Positions 52,639 through 64,000 of a stretch of DNA of 64,000 nucleotides are shown here, piece by piece. Location: the NCBI RefSeq assembly GCF_036321535.1, contig NC_087437.1:41728001-41792000 (forward strand). The letters are read 5' to 3'. A program made the translations under genes and the position numbers. Under the pieces are notes generated by a model. That model worked only from the letters and a program-made list of their open reading frames with translations, was not told the origin of the DNA and ran no database searches. The stretch is from Camelus dromedarius (lineage: Eukaryota). The first letter of the stretch is position 1; every line of letters starts with the position of its first letter.

Positions 52639-54519
52639 TATATGGAATTATTTTCTTAATTTAATTTTCAGATTATTTCCAGTTTATAGAAATAAATTGA
52701 CTTTTGTATGTTGATCTTCCATCCTGTGACATTGCTGATCTTGTTTATTAACACCGATAGGTTTTTTCATGGATTCTGTAGGATTTTCTACATGCCAGAT
52801 GTCATCTGCAAATAGAGATGGTTCTTCCTTTCTACTCTGAATGCCTTAAAAAAAATTTTTTTTTATTGCTTACTTATGCTAGCTACAACCTCAAGTACAA
52901 TGTTGTTTCTGATAAAAAAAATCTTTAAGTTTTTCACTATTAAGTATGATGTTATTTGTGGATATTTTGTAGGTGTCCTTTAACAGACCAAGGAAGTTCC
53001 CTTCTATTTCTAGTTTGTTAAGTATTTTTATCACGAAATGTGCTAAATTTCTGTTAAATGACTTATCTCTATCTATTGTGATGATTTTGTGATTTTTGTC
53101 CTTTATTTTACTAATGTGGTATATTATATTAATTGATTTTCACTTACTGAGTCAACCTTGCATTCCTGGGATAAAACTGATATGGTCATGGTGTAGAATT
53201 CTTTTCATATATTGCTGGATTTGGTTTGTTGGCATTTTGTGAGAGGTTTTTTGATCTGTATTCATAAAAGATGTTAGTCTTTCTTTTTTTTTCTTGTGAT
53301 GTCTTTGTCTAGTTATGGTGTCAGAGCAATACTGGACTCATAGATTGAGTTGGGAAATGTTCCCTCCTCTTCTATTTTTTGAAAGAGTTGTGAAGAATTC
53401 ATGTTAATTATTCTAGAAACATTTGGTAAAATTCACCAATGAAGCCATCAGGGCCTGAGATTTTCTTTGTAGAGAGTTTTTTTGTTTTGTTTTATTTTGT
53501 TTAGCTTTTTAATTACAGATGGTTTCATTGGTGAATTTTTTTTTTGTGGGTTATAAGTCTATTTAAATTTTCAGTTTCTTCTTGAGTCAGTTTTGGCAGT
53601 TTGTGTCTTTCTATGAATTCATCAGTTACACTTAGGCTATCTTAATTTGTTGGCATGTGAGTGTTCATTGTATTCCCTTATAATCCTTTTTTACTAATGT
53701 AAGATCAGTAGTAATGGCCCCTCTTTCATTTATGATTTTAGTAATTTGAGTCTTTCCCCTTTTTTCTTGGTTGTAGACCCTTGCTTTTTAACAAATGAAG
53801 AATGGTTCATGCTCCCCCACTACTCATTTCAGTCTACTTCCTCTTAGTCTGAGATTGAGGAGGAGAATCATTAAGAGAAAGAGGTTGGATATGACTTGTT
53901 TGTTGACCTCTAAAGTGATTTCTTTTCACTCTCTTTGGTGCTTCTGAAAAGTAAGGATTTTTCAGTATTTTCTAATAGACTCAGAGATGTGGATAACAAT
54001 AAGAATTGAATCAACAAATGTAGCTCCATGAAAAAATACTTTTCTGTTATGAGTTGCAAGAAAATTTATATATAATATTTATAAATATGATTTCCTATTT
54101 ATTTTGAACCTTCACTAGTAAACATTAAATTAGTTATTTGTTAAAATGTTAATAATCTATTAAGCTGTAAAAATTAATCATTGGCTACATATCTGCTAAA
54201 AGTATAAAAGTATGCATAGGAGGGATACAAACGACAATAGTTATTCCTGGAGAGAGAGAGTAGGAAAAGATTAGAGGTGGGGCTTTAGTTGTATAGGTAA
54301 AGATTTGTTTCTTTTTTTAAAAAGACAGAAATTTGAAGCAAATGTGGCATTTATGTTAACATATGTAAAATCTGGATGGGGGTTCTGTAGTGTTTTGATG
54401 AGCAGATCAAAACAGGGAATATTTAAATAAAAGACACGTTGAAGTTTTATATAGTGCTTTTGAAATTTAACGTTAAGTTATTGTAATGAGCAAAGGAAAT
54501 GAAGAGACAAATTATAAGA

Positions 54520-54906
54520 GAGGAAATGAAATTGCCCCACCCAGATAACCCTGCTGGTTTAAGAGACTTACTCTCCCAGCGTTAGGAATTGCCTTGGCTG
54601 AAAAAAGCTGCCTCCCCCAGGGGCATGCTCCTTTTACTCAGTCACCCTTCATCCAATGAATGGTTGAAATAGGGTATAAAATCCTGTTCCCTTCACCCTA
54701 ACTTGGAACAATTCTAAAGAGACACTTCAGCTTCAGAATTCCTTATGGTTTATCTGAAACATTTGTTGAGACTGCCTCTCAGCCCAGCTTCTGCCTCTTT
54801 CCAGCCCTGCTTTCTTCCCTTGCCCCGCAGGTATTGACCCTAAGAAGTTTCTAGTGCACAAATCTCCACCTCAGGATCTCTTTCCTGAAGAACTCTGTGT
54901 GTAACA
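54520..54906 (+). mobile_element. LTR16-like ERVL LTR
   Basis: ctgcctctcagcccagcttctgcctct...gtattgaccctaaga...gcacaaatctccacctcagg...aaca. Confidence 0.6.
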
Positions 54907-55007
54907 TATAGGTAGACATATAAATATAAAACCTCACTAATAAGAACAAAAAAGCTCAAATTTAAGCCAGAAAACATTTAATTATGAGGAAAGTAGAATG
55001 GTAGATA

Positions 55008-55420
55008 TTGTGGTACAGCAGAGTCTGCCAGTTTTCTATACAATGTCCATCTCCCCTTTTTACCTAGTAACAGAATCCTGATTTTATTTGAGGCAGCAAT
55101 GTGCTCTAACAAAAGGGTATATTTTCCAGCCTCGCTTGTTAAGTGTGGCTTTATGGCTAAGATAAAGCATTGAAATGTCAAAGCATTGCTGGACTCCAAA
55201 TAGGGTCCCTTAGGGAAATAGACTCAGATAGTTAAGTAGTCCTCTTTCAGTGTTCCTCTTCCTCTTTCCTATTCCCTGGAATGGGGATGCAATGGCTAGA
55301 GCTCCAGCAATTATTTTGTGACCCTGAGGATGGCAGCCATGGTGAAACACAGAGAAGCTGGGTGCTTAATGTTTTCATGAAGCACCATATCATCCTATAT
55401 TGCTGCTTCTGGACTTAACA
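55008..55420 (+). mobile_element. MLT1J/K-like MaLR LTR
   Basis: agtaacagaatcctgattttatt...ttttccagcctcgcttg...gcaatggctagagctccagcaattattttgtgacc. Confidence 0.6.
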
Positions 55421-57054
55421 AAATATAAGGGCTTTGAGGGTCTTATTTATGGAATATTGTTAATCTTAAATATTTTAGCTACTGTTAGGGCTAATTTAGT
55501 TTTCAGGTTAGGTTTTAATTCTTCAATTTTTTTTTGAAGTGGCTATTACAGTGACTTTATTTATCTTTTGCCATTGTTAGTTTTTTAAACTGCCAGACCT
55601 AATTATAATTTAAACAGGGTAATTTCATGTCCTGCTTGTAAAATAGGAAGTGAAAAAATACTTTGGAAAATAATTAAGTATTTGGCTTGTAAATGTTCTT
55701 ATGGAGTAATTCTATTTCCCAGGAATAAGTCCTAAGGATTATGTGTATATGTAGATGTATGAAGCCTTAAGAACAAAGACATTTACATTATAAGAAAAAT
55801 AGAAACTACCTAAATAGCAACATAATAAAATGGGTAATAAAATATGATACAGTCATTGAATCAAGAAATTAAAAAAGCAAAGAATATTTTATTTTAAAAA
55901 GTACTTTGTGCTAACAATTTAAACAATGTTGACATTTATGAAGTAAAAGTAATATTCTTCCTCTCCTACTACAAGGTCCACACCCGTTTACAGTCTAGTG
56001 CGTATCTTTCCACAGCTTTTCCTTTGTCTACACAAATAAATACAGATATGCATTCACATACAATGAAGAAAAATTGAATTATAGTACATATATAAAAGAA
56101 AAATTATCAAGGAGAAATGCTCAAGGTGCAATAAAATAGTGCAATAAAAAGTTTCATAAGTAATATAAAAAATTGATGTATAGCAAGATCTCAATTACAT
56201 CTCAAAAAGTGCTTAGAAATAAAGACTAGCATGAAATATATGATAAACAAATATGTGAATAATAAATGGATATTAAGTATATATTGCCCCTATTAATAAG
56301 TAGTTTACTATTGATAATAAATACTGTTTCTCCTAGAAATGCAGTTTTCTCCACAATCCCAGCAAGGCTAAAAGTAAAAAGACACTTCAGGGGAAATATG
56401 GGAGGTTGAGGGCACATATTTGAACCACCTGCCTCCCAGTCCCATCCAAAATGACCTAGAAAATTTTAAAATATGTAAAACCCTAAATCAGTACTGGAAG
56501 CTAGGGAAGGAAACCATACAAATGCCAGAAACTTCAAAGAATTTCTTCTAAATCCTGTGCAGTTGGGACCAGATTAAAGGACATCCAGGGCCAATTTGCC
56601 AGGGACGAGATCCCTGGAGGCCAACTGCAGGGCCCATCAGTGATTCTTTTGGCTCTTGAAAATTGAATGAGTTTGAGGGTAGCAAAGGTAGCAAACCATG
56701 GTAAATGTTTCAAGCATAAGGCGCTAGCACAGTGGCAGTAGTTGTGTTACAGGATGGTTCCCCCAAACTTCACAGACCGGCACTGTGTCTGTGAGCTGGG
56801 CGTGAAGGCGAGGCCTGAGTGGCTCCCTCAAGCAGCAGGCTGTCGCCAGCAGCAGCGCTCTTTGCTGATGCAGTGGGCCCCTGGCTGGAGACCGGGCCTG
56901 GGCAGCTGCACCTCACACCAGCGGTGAGCCTGGGGGTCCCTACAGAAGCCCTGGACAGAAATGCTACCGCCAAATCTGTCAAATGCACAGCCCTTCCACA
57001 AAATACAAGGAACAAACTTTACAAGTTGAAGTATAGATAGAGATTTTTTTCAGA

Positions 57055-57860
57055 TTTTGACCTCACCCTCACACAATACATAAGAATTAATTTGAAATGG
57101 ATCACTGATGTAAGTGTGAAAAGTAAACCAACAAAGCTTCAAGAGGAAAATATAATGTCTTCATGATTTTTGTTTCAGCATAATTTCTTAAATAGTATAC
57201 CAAAAACTCTAGCCAGAAAATAAAACATTGAAAAATTGGACTTTATTAAAACAAACAATTTATGTTTATTAAAAGACAATATTAAGAGAGTGATAAGGAG
57301 GACTACAGACTGGGAGAAGATATTTGCAATAGAAGAAACTGACAAAGACTCATCCAGACTGTAAAAAGAATAACATTGGTAAGAATAAAACTGAAAAAAA
57401 TAGCTTAAAGTGGGTAAAATACTTTAACAGTTACTTTAGAAAAATTGATAGATAAACAAACACTAAGTGTGAACATTATCAGTTAGAGACAAGTATCTAA
57501 CAGTACCAACTGCTGGCAAAGATGTAGAACAACTGGAACTCTCATAAACTTTTGGTAGGTGTATTAACTGATTTTTAAAAAATCACTTTAGAAAAATGCT
57601 TGACAGTGTCTACTAAAACTAAACATATGTATACTCAAGGGCCCAGAATTCCACTTTTAGGTATATACCCTATAGAAATAAGTACTTATATCTATCAAAA
57701 TACATGTGCAAGGAAAGTCATAGCAACTTTATTAATAAAGCCAAATATATATATTTTAGAATATCCACATCCATATGAAAAAGAACAACCTACTACTATA
57801 TGCAAAAATATGGATGAATCTGAACATAATTTTGAGCAAAAGAAAACAGACTTAAAAGAG
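57055..57860 (+). mobile_element. Old L1M fragment (ORF2 end / 3' UTR)
   Basis: acagactgggagaagatatttgcaa...gctggcaaagatgtagaacaactggaactctcata...ccagaattccacttttaggtatatacc. Confidence 0.8.
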
Positions 57861-57869
57861 TAGGATGAT

Positions 57870-58275
57870 AGTTGGGTCCATTAAGAAGCAGATGCCAAAA
57901 TTGAGTTACAAATGCAAAAGATTTGCTGGGAATAGGAGTGGGCAGGGAAGGCCTTCAGGTCTGATATTTAGTGAACAAAGGATGGGAAGCTGGGTAGAAA
58001 GAGCCTCAGCCTGAGAAAGTCTTGGCCAGTGCAACAAGCAGTTTCAACAGCACCAGAAGATTACCCATAGAGGGGTCTCTAACAGCCAGAAATGGCAAAC
58101 CCTGGTACCACTGTGCTCAGCTGACTTTGATGCAAGCGCACGACCTTAACGCAAAAGCTGAGGCAGATCCTGAAGCACTCACATCTGGAGACTGTCAACT
58201 AATGCACTCCTTGTGGCAGATTGTCTCTTGAAGAGAAATCTGAGTAACAAACCTACACCTCCATGGCTGCCACAG
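57870..58275 (-). mobile_element. LTR16-like ERVL LTR
   Basis: gggtccattaagaagcagatgccaaaattgagtt...gggcagggaaggccttcag...ccatggctgccaca. Confidence 0.5.
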
Positions 58276-58419
58276 GTACATACTTATCTGATTGCACCTG
58301 TGTGAAGTCCAAAGCCATCCAATAGAGCAAGGTTCTGTGACTGAGGAGGGGCAGCAAAAAAAAGCCTGCTGGGTGGTAGGAAATACTCTATTTCTAGATC
58401 TACACAGTGTTAAATATTA

Positions 58420-58422
<3 letters not shown>

Positions 58423-58458
<36 letters not shown>
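58423..58458. repeat. (GT)18 microsatellite
   Basis: Uninterrupted GT dinucleotide run of 36 nt. Confidence 0.95.
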
Positions 58459-58461
<3 letters not shown>

Positions 58462-58749
58462 GATAATTTGTGCAACTTATGATATATAAGTTATACATGT
58501 TTAACAAAAAAAAAGAGGGAATAATGAGATGAAATTTCCTCTCCAAGATTGCACATAGCCCTGATCCCTGAGGTTGTTAGTAGTTAGATGAAGGAACTAA
58601 CCACATACCTTCTTCTCAGATTTAAGAGATCCCTAAAAGTATTTTTAAGAAAAAGAAGAAAAAGACTTTTTAAAAAGTCCCCTCACCTGGCTTCTGGAGG
58701 AGATAACTAGAAAGAATCTCACTGTTTAAATATAAGTAAACAGAAAACT

Positions 58750-59235
58750 CCCATATCAGGTGGGACTAGGTTTGACTGAGACAGAAAATCCAAAATAATA
58801 GTAACCTCAATGAGAGAGAGTTTATTTCAGTGTTACCTAAAAGAAGCCCAGAAGGAGACAGTCCAGGCCTGATCTGGTGCTGCTCAGCGAGCTCCTTCTA
58901 TCTCACTGTTCTGCCATTCTTGGCACATGGTTTTTACCTCACTGTCCAAGAGGCTATTTGAGCTCTAGTCGTCATATCTGCATTCCAGCCACAAGAAAAG
59001 ATGACGAAAGACACCCTCCCTTCCACTTAGACACACTTCCCGGAAGTTACACAGAACACTTCCACTTACCTCCTACTAGGTGGAACTTAGTTTTCTGAGC
59101 ACACCTAGCTAGAAGAGAGTCTGGGACATGTAGATTTTATTTCAGGGGCCAGGTGCCCAGCTAAAAAGCAGAGTTCTATTACTACGGACAAAGGGAAAAT
59201 AGATGTTGGGGGATAACTAGCAGATTCTGCCATAA
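58750..59235 (-). mobile_element. MLT1J/K-like MaLR LTR
   Basis: acagaaaatccaaaataatagtaacc...cacacctagctagaagagagtctgggacatgtag...ccaggtgcccagctaaaa...ctagcagattctgccata. Confidence 0.65.
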
Positions 59236-59469
59236 CCCCACAAAGAATTTGTGGTATAAAGGAAAGAAAACACAGCGTCAAAAGGTAGAGGAAAATTGGA
59301 TCAAAGAAACATACATAGTTTAGGAACAGAAATTTTTAGATACATCTGTATTATGCTCTTAATTTTTAAAAATATATGTACACTTGGAAATGAGGGATAA
59401 AAGGTAAATTGGACAGAGTTGAGGAGGGAGTTAGTTGAGAGATAGAAGAAGCATTTGAAATTAATTATG

Positions 59470-60000
59470 CCATTATGAGACTTTGTACTTCATTAGCAGC
59501 AGTGGAGAGCGGACCTGACAACATAGAAAGCTGAATCATTAATACAGTTGACAAGTTTGATGAATTTCCCATGGTGAATAAGACAGGGAAAACAGACAAG
59601 AGAGATGTGCATTTGGAGAGATAAGAGCTGTGGTACCTGAACAGTGAAGAGTCACTGGGTGGATAATGGTGGTTTTGAAGAAACAAATTTGAAGAAATAG
59701 AAGAGGAACAATATTTAAGACCACAAACAAAGGAGCTATTTGTAAGCTGAAGGTAAATTTTAACCTGCAGATCAACACAGCTTCTTAAATACCAGGAAAA
59801 AATTAATAAATGAATAGAAATCTGCATCCAGACACATCCTGGTTGAAGTCTCAGTTTCAAGGTGAAGTAGACTTCCAAAAGAATCCAGGCAGAAAAAGTG
59901 TTGTTTACCCACAAAGGAGGGGGGATTGTTTTTCCTCTGATATCTCCTTAGCTGCATTACAAGACTAAACAATCTATGGAATGAAAAAGTGAGAGGACAG
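59470..60000 (+). mobile_element. Highly decayed L1/HAL1 ORF1-like remnant
   Basis: A-rich, with ORF1-like motifs (ccagacacatcctggttgaag...tccaggcagaaaaa). A similar remnant lies at 61020-61700. Confidence 0.4.
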
Positions 60001-60634
60001 GAAGAGCAAATCCCCTCGGTGATTTATCAGGATTGGGAAGTGGAGGCTGTACCCTTGTATTAAAGAGAGTGACTTTCTTGATAGAACCATTGTATCTTAA
60101 ATTTCTAAGTAAAACTAGAAGATGGGGATATGTGGGTGACTGCAAGAAAATCCAGGTGATTTCTGCTACCTGTTATACAGCTGGTCGCACCTACATGGCA
60201 AGAATGAGTGACTGCAAAATAAGCAACAGACACTCTGTCAGAACACCACTGAAACCTTTTAACTCAAAGAGGTTTCATCAAACCAAGTCTAGAACAGGGG
60301 AAGTACCACCTTTTCATGTGGACTTAACATGTGTGCAGGAACACACATTCAACTTCTGAGCCAATTGCTTTCACCTTCTGTTTGATTATAAGTGAATATT
60401 GAGCAAGAATAGAACTTCATTTAGTCCAGGAGTCTATCATAGGGTTCATGAGCCTTCAGTAGGGATCACAGAGATCTGAAGAGTTGGGCTATGAAAACAT
60501 TATGCAAACTTTATTATGTGGCCATTTTTCTGGGAATAAGATTCAACTTGAATCAAGTTCTCAAAAGAGTCTATGACCCTGAAAAAAACCCAGAACCAGT
60601 ACTGATTGCTTTGTAAACATTTAAACTGAGAATG

Positions 60635-61015
60635 TGTTAAAGAAAAAAAATTATTCTTGACATTTGTTAAAGAATGGGAAAGCAGACTTTATTCAGGGAG
60701 ACTACAATGTGGTTTTGAAGTAGAGGCGAGAGATTGGGTTCGAGTCTGAATACAACAAAGAAAAGTGGGACATATGGTCAAAGGAGCAGGATGGAAGTCA
60801 GTCGATGGAAAATAACTGAGAGGGAATATCAGGGGTAAAGGGGGATTCTGGCTGAACTGACGTAACAGGATTCTAGCTGAACGCAGGCTAGGGTGATCAG
60901 ACATCACCTGGGGGTGGTGGAGGATGAGGAACCTGATCAGATATGAAGTGGGGTCAGATGTGAAGGGCGGGGTGTTCTTACCAAACTGATTTAGCAGGGA
61001 TCTTGCTAACATTGG
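60635..61015 (-). mobile_element. MER31-like ERV1 LTR
   Basis: tgttaaagaaaaaaaattattc...gactttattcagg...ggatggaagtcagtcgatggaaaat...gggtgatcagacatcacctgggg matches the recalled MER31 consensus. Confidence 0.78.
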
Positions 61016-61450
61016 ACAATGCAGATTGTATGGAAATGAGAAATACAACCACAGAATTACAAATGCTGTTAAAGGCAATAGATAGCAGACTGAATACCAT
61101 AGAAAATAAAATTAATGAATAGAAATATAAATAAGAAATTGAAACTGACATAAGGACAAAGTGATAAAATGGTGAGAGAAAATAAGGAAAATATCAGGGA
61201 GAGATGCAGGAAATCCAATCAACATGTCCTAAGAACCCAAAAAAAGAGAAAATAGAATGGATATATCGAAAGCAATAGCCAAAGGAATAATAGGGGGAAA
61301 TTGCTGAGTTTGTAGAATTAAAAGTTACCAGGTAGTAATGAAGAGACATAGGCACCTCGCCATAGCCTGTTGAATGTTACAAGATTTAAGGAGAAGAAAA
61401 AAAAACCTCTAGAAGCAACCAGACAAGAAAAAAACAGCTTATTTCTTAAG

Positions 61451-61628
61451 CAGTGGTTCTCAACCGCAACTATGCATTAAAATCATGGGTGAGCCTTTAA
61501 AAAATACTAGTGTCTGGGCTCACTCCTTAAGCATTCTGATTTAATTATTCTGGGAGGAGCCTTGGCATTGATATTTTCAAAAATCTCCTTCAGTGATTTG
61601 AATGTGCAGCCAGAGTTGAGAACCAGTG
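61451..61628. mobile_element. MER5-like hAT-Charlie MITE
   Basis: Terminal inverted repeats cagtggttctcaac ... gttgagaaccagtg. Confidence 0.82.
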
Positions 61629-62280
61629 CCCCAAGGAAAGAAAAATCATGGACTTCTCCAGAGAACCAAATAGCAGCAGTAAATGAAGACTGGCTTCCAA
61701 GCTTGGGAGGAAAAGAATGCTGTACTTAGTCAAGAGGTCATTTGTAGGAAAGACCAATATTCTCCTATTAGCCAGTGCTAGGAAAGTATTATACTCTCAA
61801 TTTAGGGATACATTCCAGCCAAGCTAGGGATGGATCAAAAGAACAGAATGAAAGGGCCATAATGAAAAGGAATGGTAGGAAGCAAAGGAAACTAGTTGAA
61901 CCAGCAGTAACATCTTAAAGACTGTTACCAATATGATTACAAGAAAAAATAAATTTCAAAAATATCTTCAAAGAAAAGTTGATCATGTAAAATAACGACA
62001 ACAGTTTAGATCTACATTCTGGACTACATCAATCAAAACTGTGAAGTGGAGAGAGACGGTAAGGACAGTAAAAGCCTGAAAGAAAGTTGACATAGGTGAC
62101 AATTAATAGATACAGTTACATTTCTAACCTTGATAAGCAGAGATAAAAATATTTCAAAGAGCTTTTAATGACAAAAAGATAATCACTAATAGAAAAAAAT
62201 GTAATTGTCCCTTCCAAACTATTAGAGAAATAAGAGCTAAGAAAATACAGTTGGTAGAAATATGGCAGAATATAAAAACC

Positions 62281-62316
62281 ATCGCGTCTCAGCCTTTTGG
62301 CCAAGATCAAGTGTAG
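62281..62316 (+). pseudogene. RNU2: 3'-truncated U2 snRNA retropseudogene (first 36 nt)
   Basis: ATCGCGTCTCAGCCTTTTGGCCAAGATCAAGTGTAG versus the U2 5' end ATCGCTTCTCGGCCTTTTGGCTAAGATCAAGTGTAG (33/36). Flanked by the direct repeat atataaaaac (62270-62279, 62318-62327). Confidence 0.88.
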
Positions 62317-64000
62317 GATATAAAAACTGCTGTACAATATGATCCCCATTTACTATATGTAGATATAATAGGAAAATTTAAAAAAGAAACACCCCCAAAT
62401 TATAACTGGTTGTCTCCAACAATCACTATTACAGGCCTAGGGTTTGTGTTCTTATTAATGTGTTTCAACTTTCTAAATATTCTACAATTAGAAAACTATT
62501 TTTGTAATTTAAAAAATCAATAAACATTAAATTTTAAAATTAATATTCATCTCTCTTTTATCTTGTATGCATTTCCATGGTGCTTTTTTACTACAAAGGA
62601 TAAAAGTCAAGTTTTTTAATGCTAATTTTAGCAATTACAGGATTTAAAAAATCTGATTCCACATGTTATTCAAGACTAAACACCTATGAATACTATAAAG
62701 GTGTTTCTATTAACATTTCTTACTAAATTGCTTTCTGGAAGTAACATGTTTGTGTAAAATCTTGCCAAAAATAAGAATATTAAAATGTGTTCTGCATTAA
62801 GAACAAATCCACATCATAAGTATATTAGAAGTTAACAAGATTTGGAAGTAAAAAAACATGAAACCAGAAGAACTCAGGAAAATGTGCTTGCAACTGTAAA
62901 TTCTGTAATTAATTTGCTTTACAAGTTTTTTGGAGAAGCTAGGTCACCAGTTGACAGCTTGGATCTGCTTTTTATTCCGTCAAAACATATAAAAGCATAC
63001 ATTACTTGTGGCCGGATTGTGGTCTAAATATATTTTCCAACCAAATATCCAGTTTTGATATGAAGAAAACTACATAGTCATGTTGTTATTTAATTTTACT
63101 TCAGACATATTTTACTTCTGCCCAGCATAGAACTTGGAATTTTATTTAATTCTTGTTTCCTCAGACTTCTATAGCTTGGGGATACTAACAATTCACGTTA
63201 ATGTTAAGAACTCAAATTCCATTCCATGGACTTCTATCCTACCTTCTGGCAGGACCATCTGCAGGACCTCAGTTGCCTGTGCTTCTCAAGTATTTCTAGA
63301 TGCTCCTGGATGTGCACTGTGTGTGCTCCTAGAGAGGTCTGCCTCTGCTGTTTGCATTTCTGACTATGCTACCACCCTCTGGACACCCACTACATGCCGC
63401 CATGTCTGAGGGTTGCTCTGTCTTCTCCAACAGTGGAGGCAACAAAGCCCTTTGAGTCAAAGGCTTAAAGCTTCAGAGTGTTGTGTTGGGAAGGATGTCT
63501 CATTCCTCTCTTGGCATTGTGCAGCCAGCCAGTTCCCCTCCTGCCTCAGCATCATGTTTTGAAATAGAGCAGCTCCTGGTTTTTATTTCTGATAGTCCTG
63601 CTTTCTTTCTTTGGGGCTCAGATATAAGTCCAGGCCAGGAGTTAAAAGCTAAGTGATAACCACCTCGCTGAACTCAAAATCATCCCTCCCATCCTATTGC
63701 CTAGCTCCTTCTTCTCGTATGGTTGGGTCCCTCCCAGGATGCTTCTCAGCCAACATTTAAGGTTTCTGGTGGTAGATTTTTGGTGGGTTCTTTCTACAAG
63801 TTGGCCAGACATGTCTACTAAGACTCAAGCTGAGACTCCTGTTGCACATATACTCCAAAGAGGCCACATACTGTATGCAAAAAAAAAAAAAAAAGTTTAA
63901 TCTTGGTGTTGAATGAAGTTTATTTTAATGAATTTGTTGTCAGTACAAAAAGATAAATCTGGCCTTTTCAAAGCAGCACATTATTAAGTCATTGATTCAG

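Larger units (their letters stand above)
50615..53775 (-). mobile_element. Old L1M LINE (3' UTR plus decayed ORF2 remnants) with nested insertions
   Basis: Typical L1M 3' UTR (acaaccatcaccactatctaattccagaat...ttatccattcat...gctattatgaataatgctactatgaacat) continuing into ORF2-like antisense sequence with many stops. Confidence 0.9.

Overview
Mammalian genomic DNA, most likely from a camelid: three tRNA-derived SINEs match the Tylopoda-specific Vic-1 family as I recall it. The window holds one supportable protein-coding gene, TMEM212 (+ strand). It has four coding exons (2481-2639, 10425-10484, 11381-11704, 20463-20483), all phase-0 GT-AG introns, and gives a 187-aa four-helix membrane protein. 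The remaining ~43 kb looks intergenic and is dense with interspersed repeats: L1, L2, MIR, MER5/Charlie, an internally deleted Tigger1, MLT1 and LTR16 LTRs, a MER31-like LTR, a CpG-rich ERV1-type solo LTR and a tailless U2 snRNA retrocopy. Apart from the TMEM212 exons, the ORF track looks like noise or repeat remnants. I found no convincing new biological system. The most notable items are the CpG-rich solo LTR with promoter motifs pointing antisense to TMEM212, the micro terminal coding exon of TMEM212, the U2 retrocopy and several perfect inverted repeats. Repeat family names come from recalled consensus sequences, and boundaries are approximate unless target-site duplications (TSDs) are quoted.
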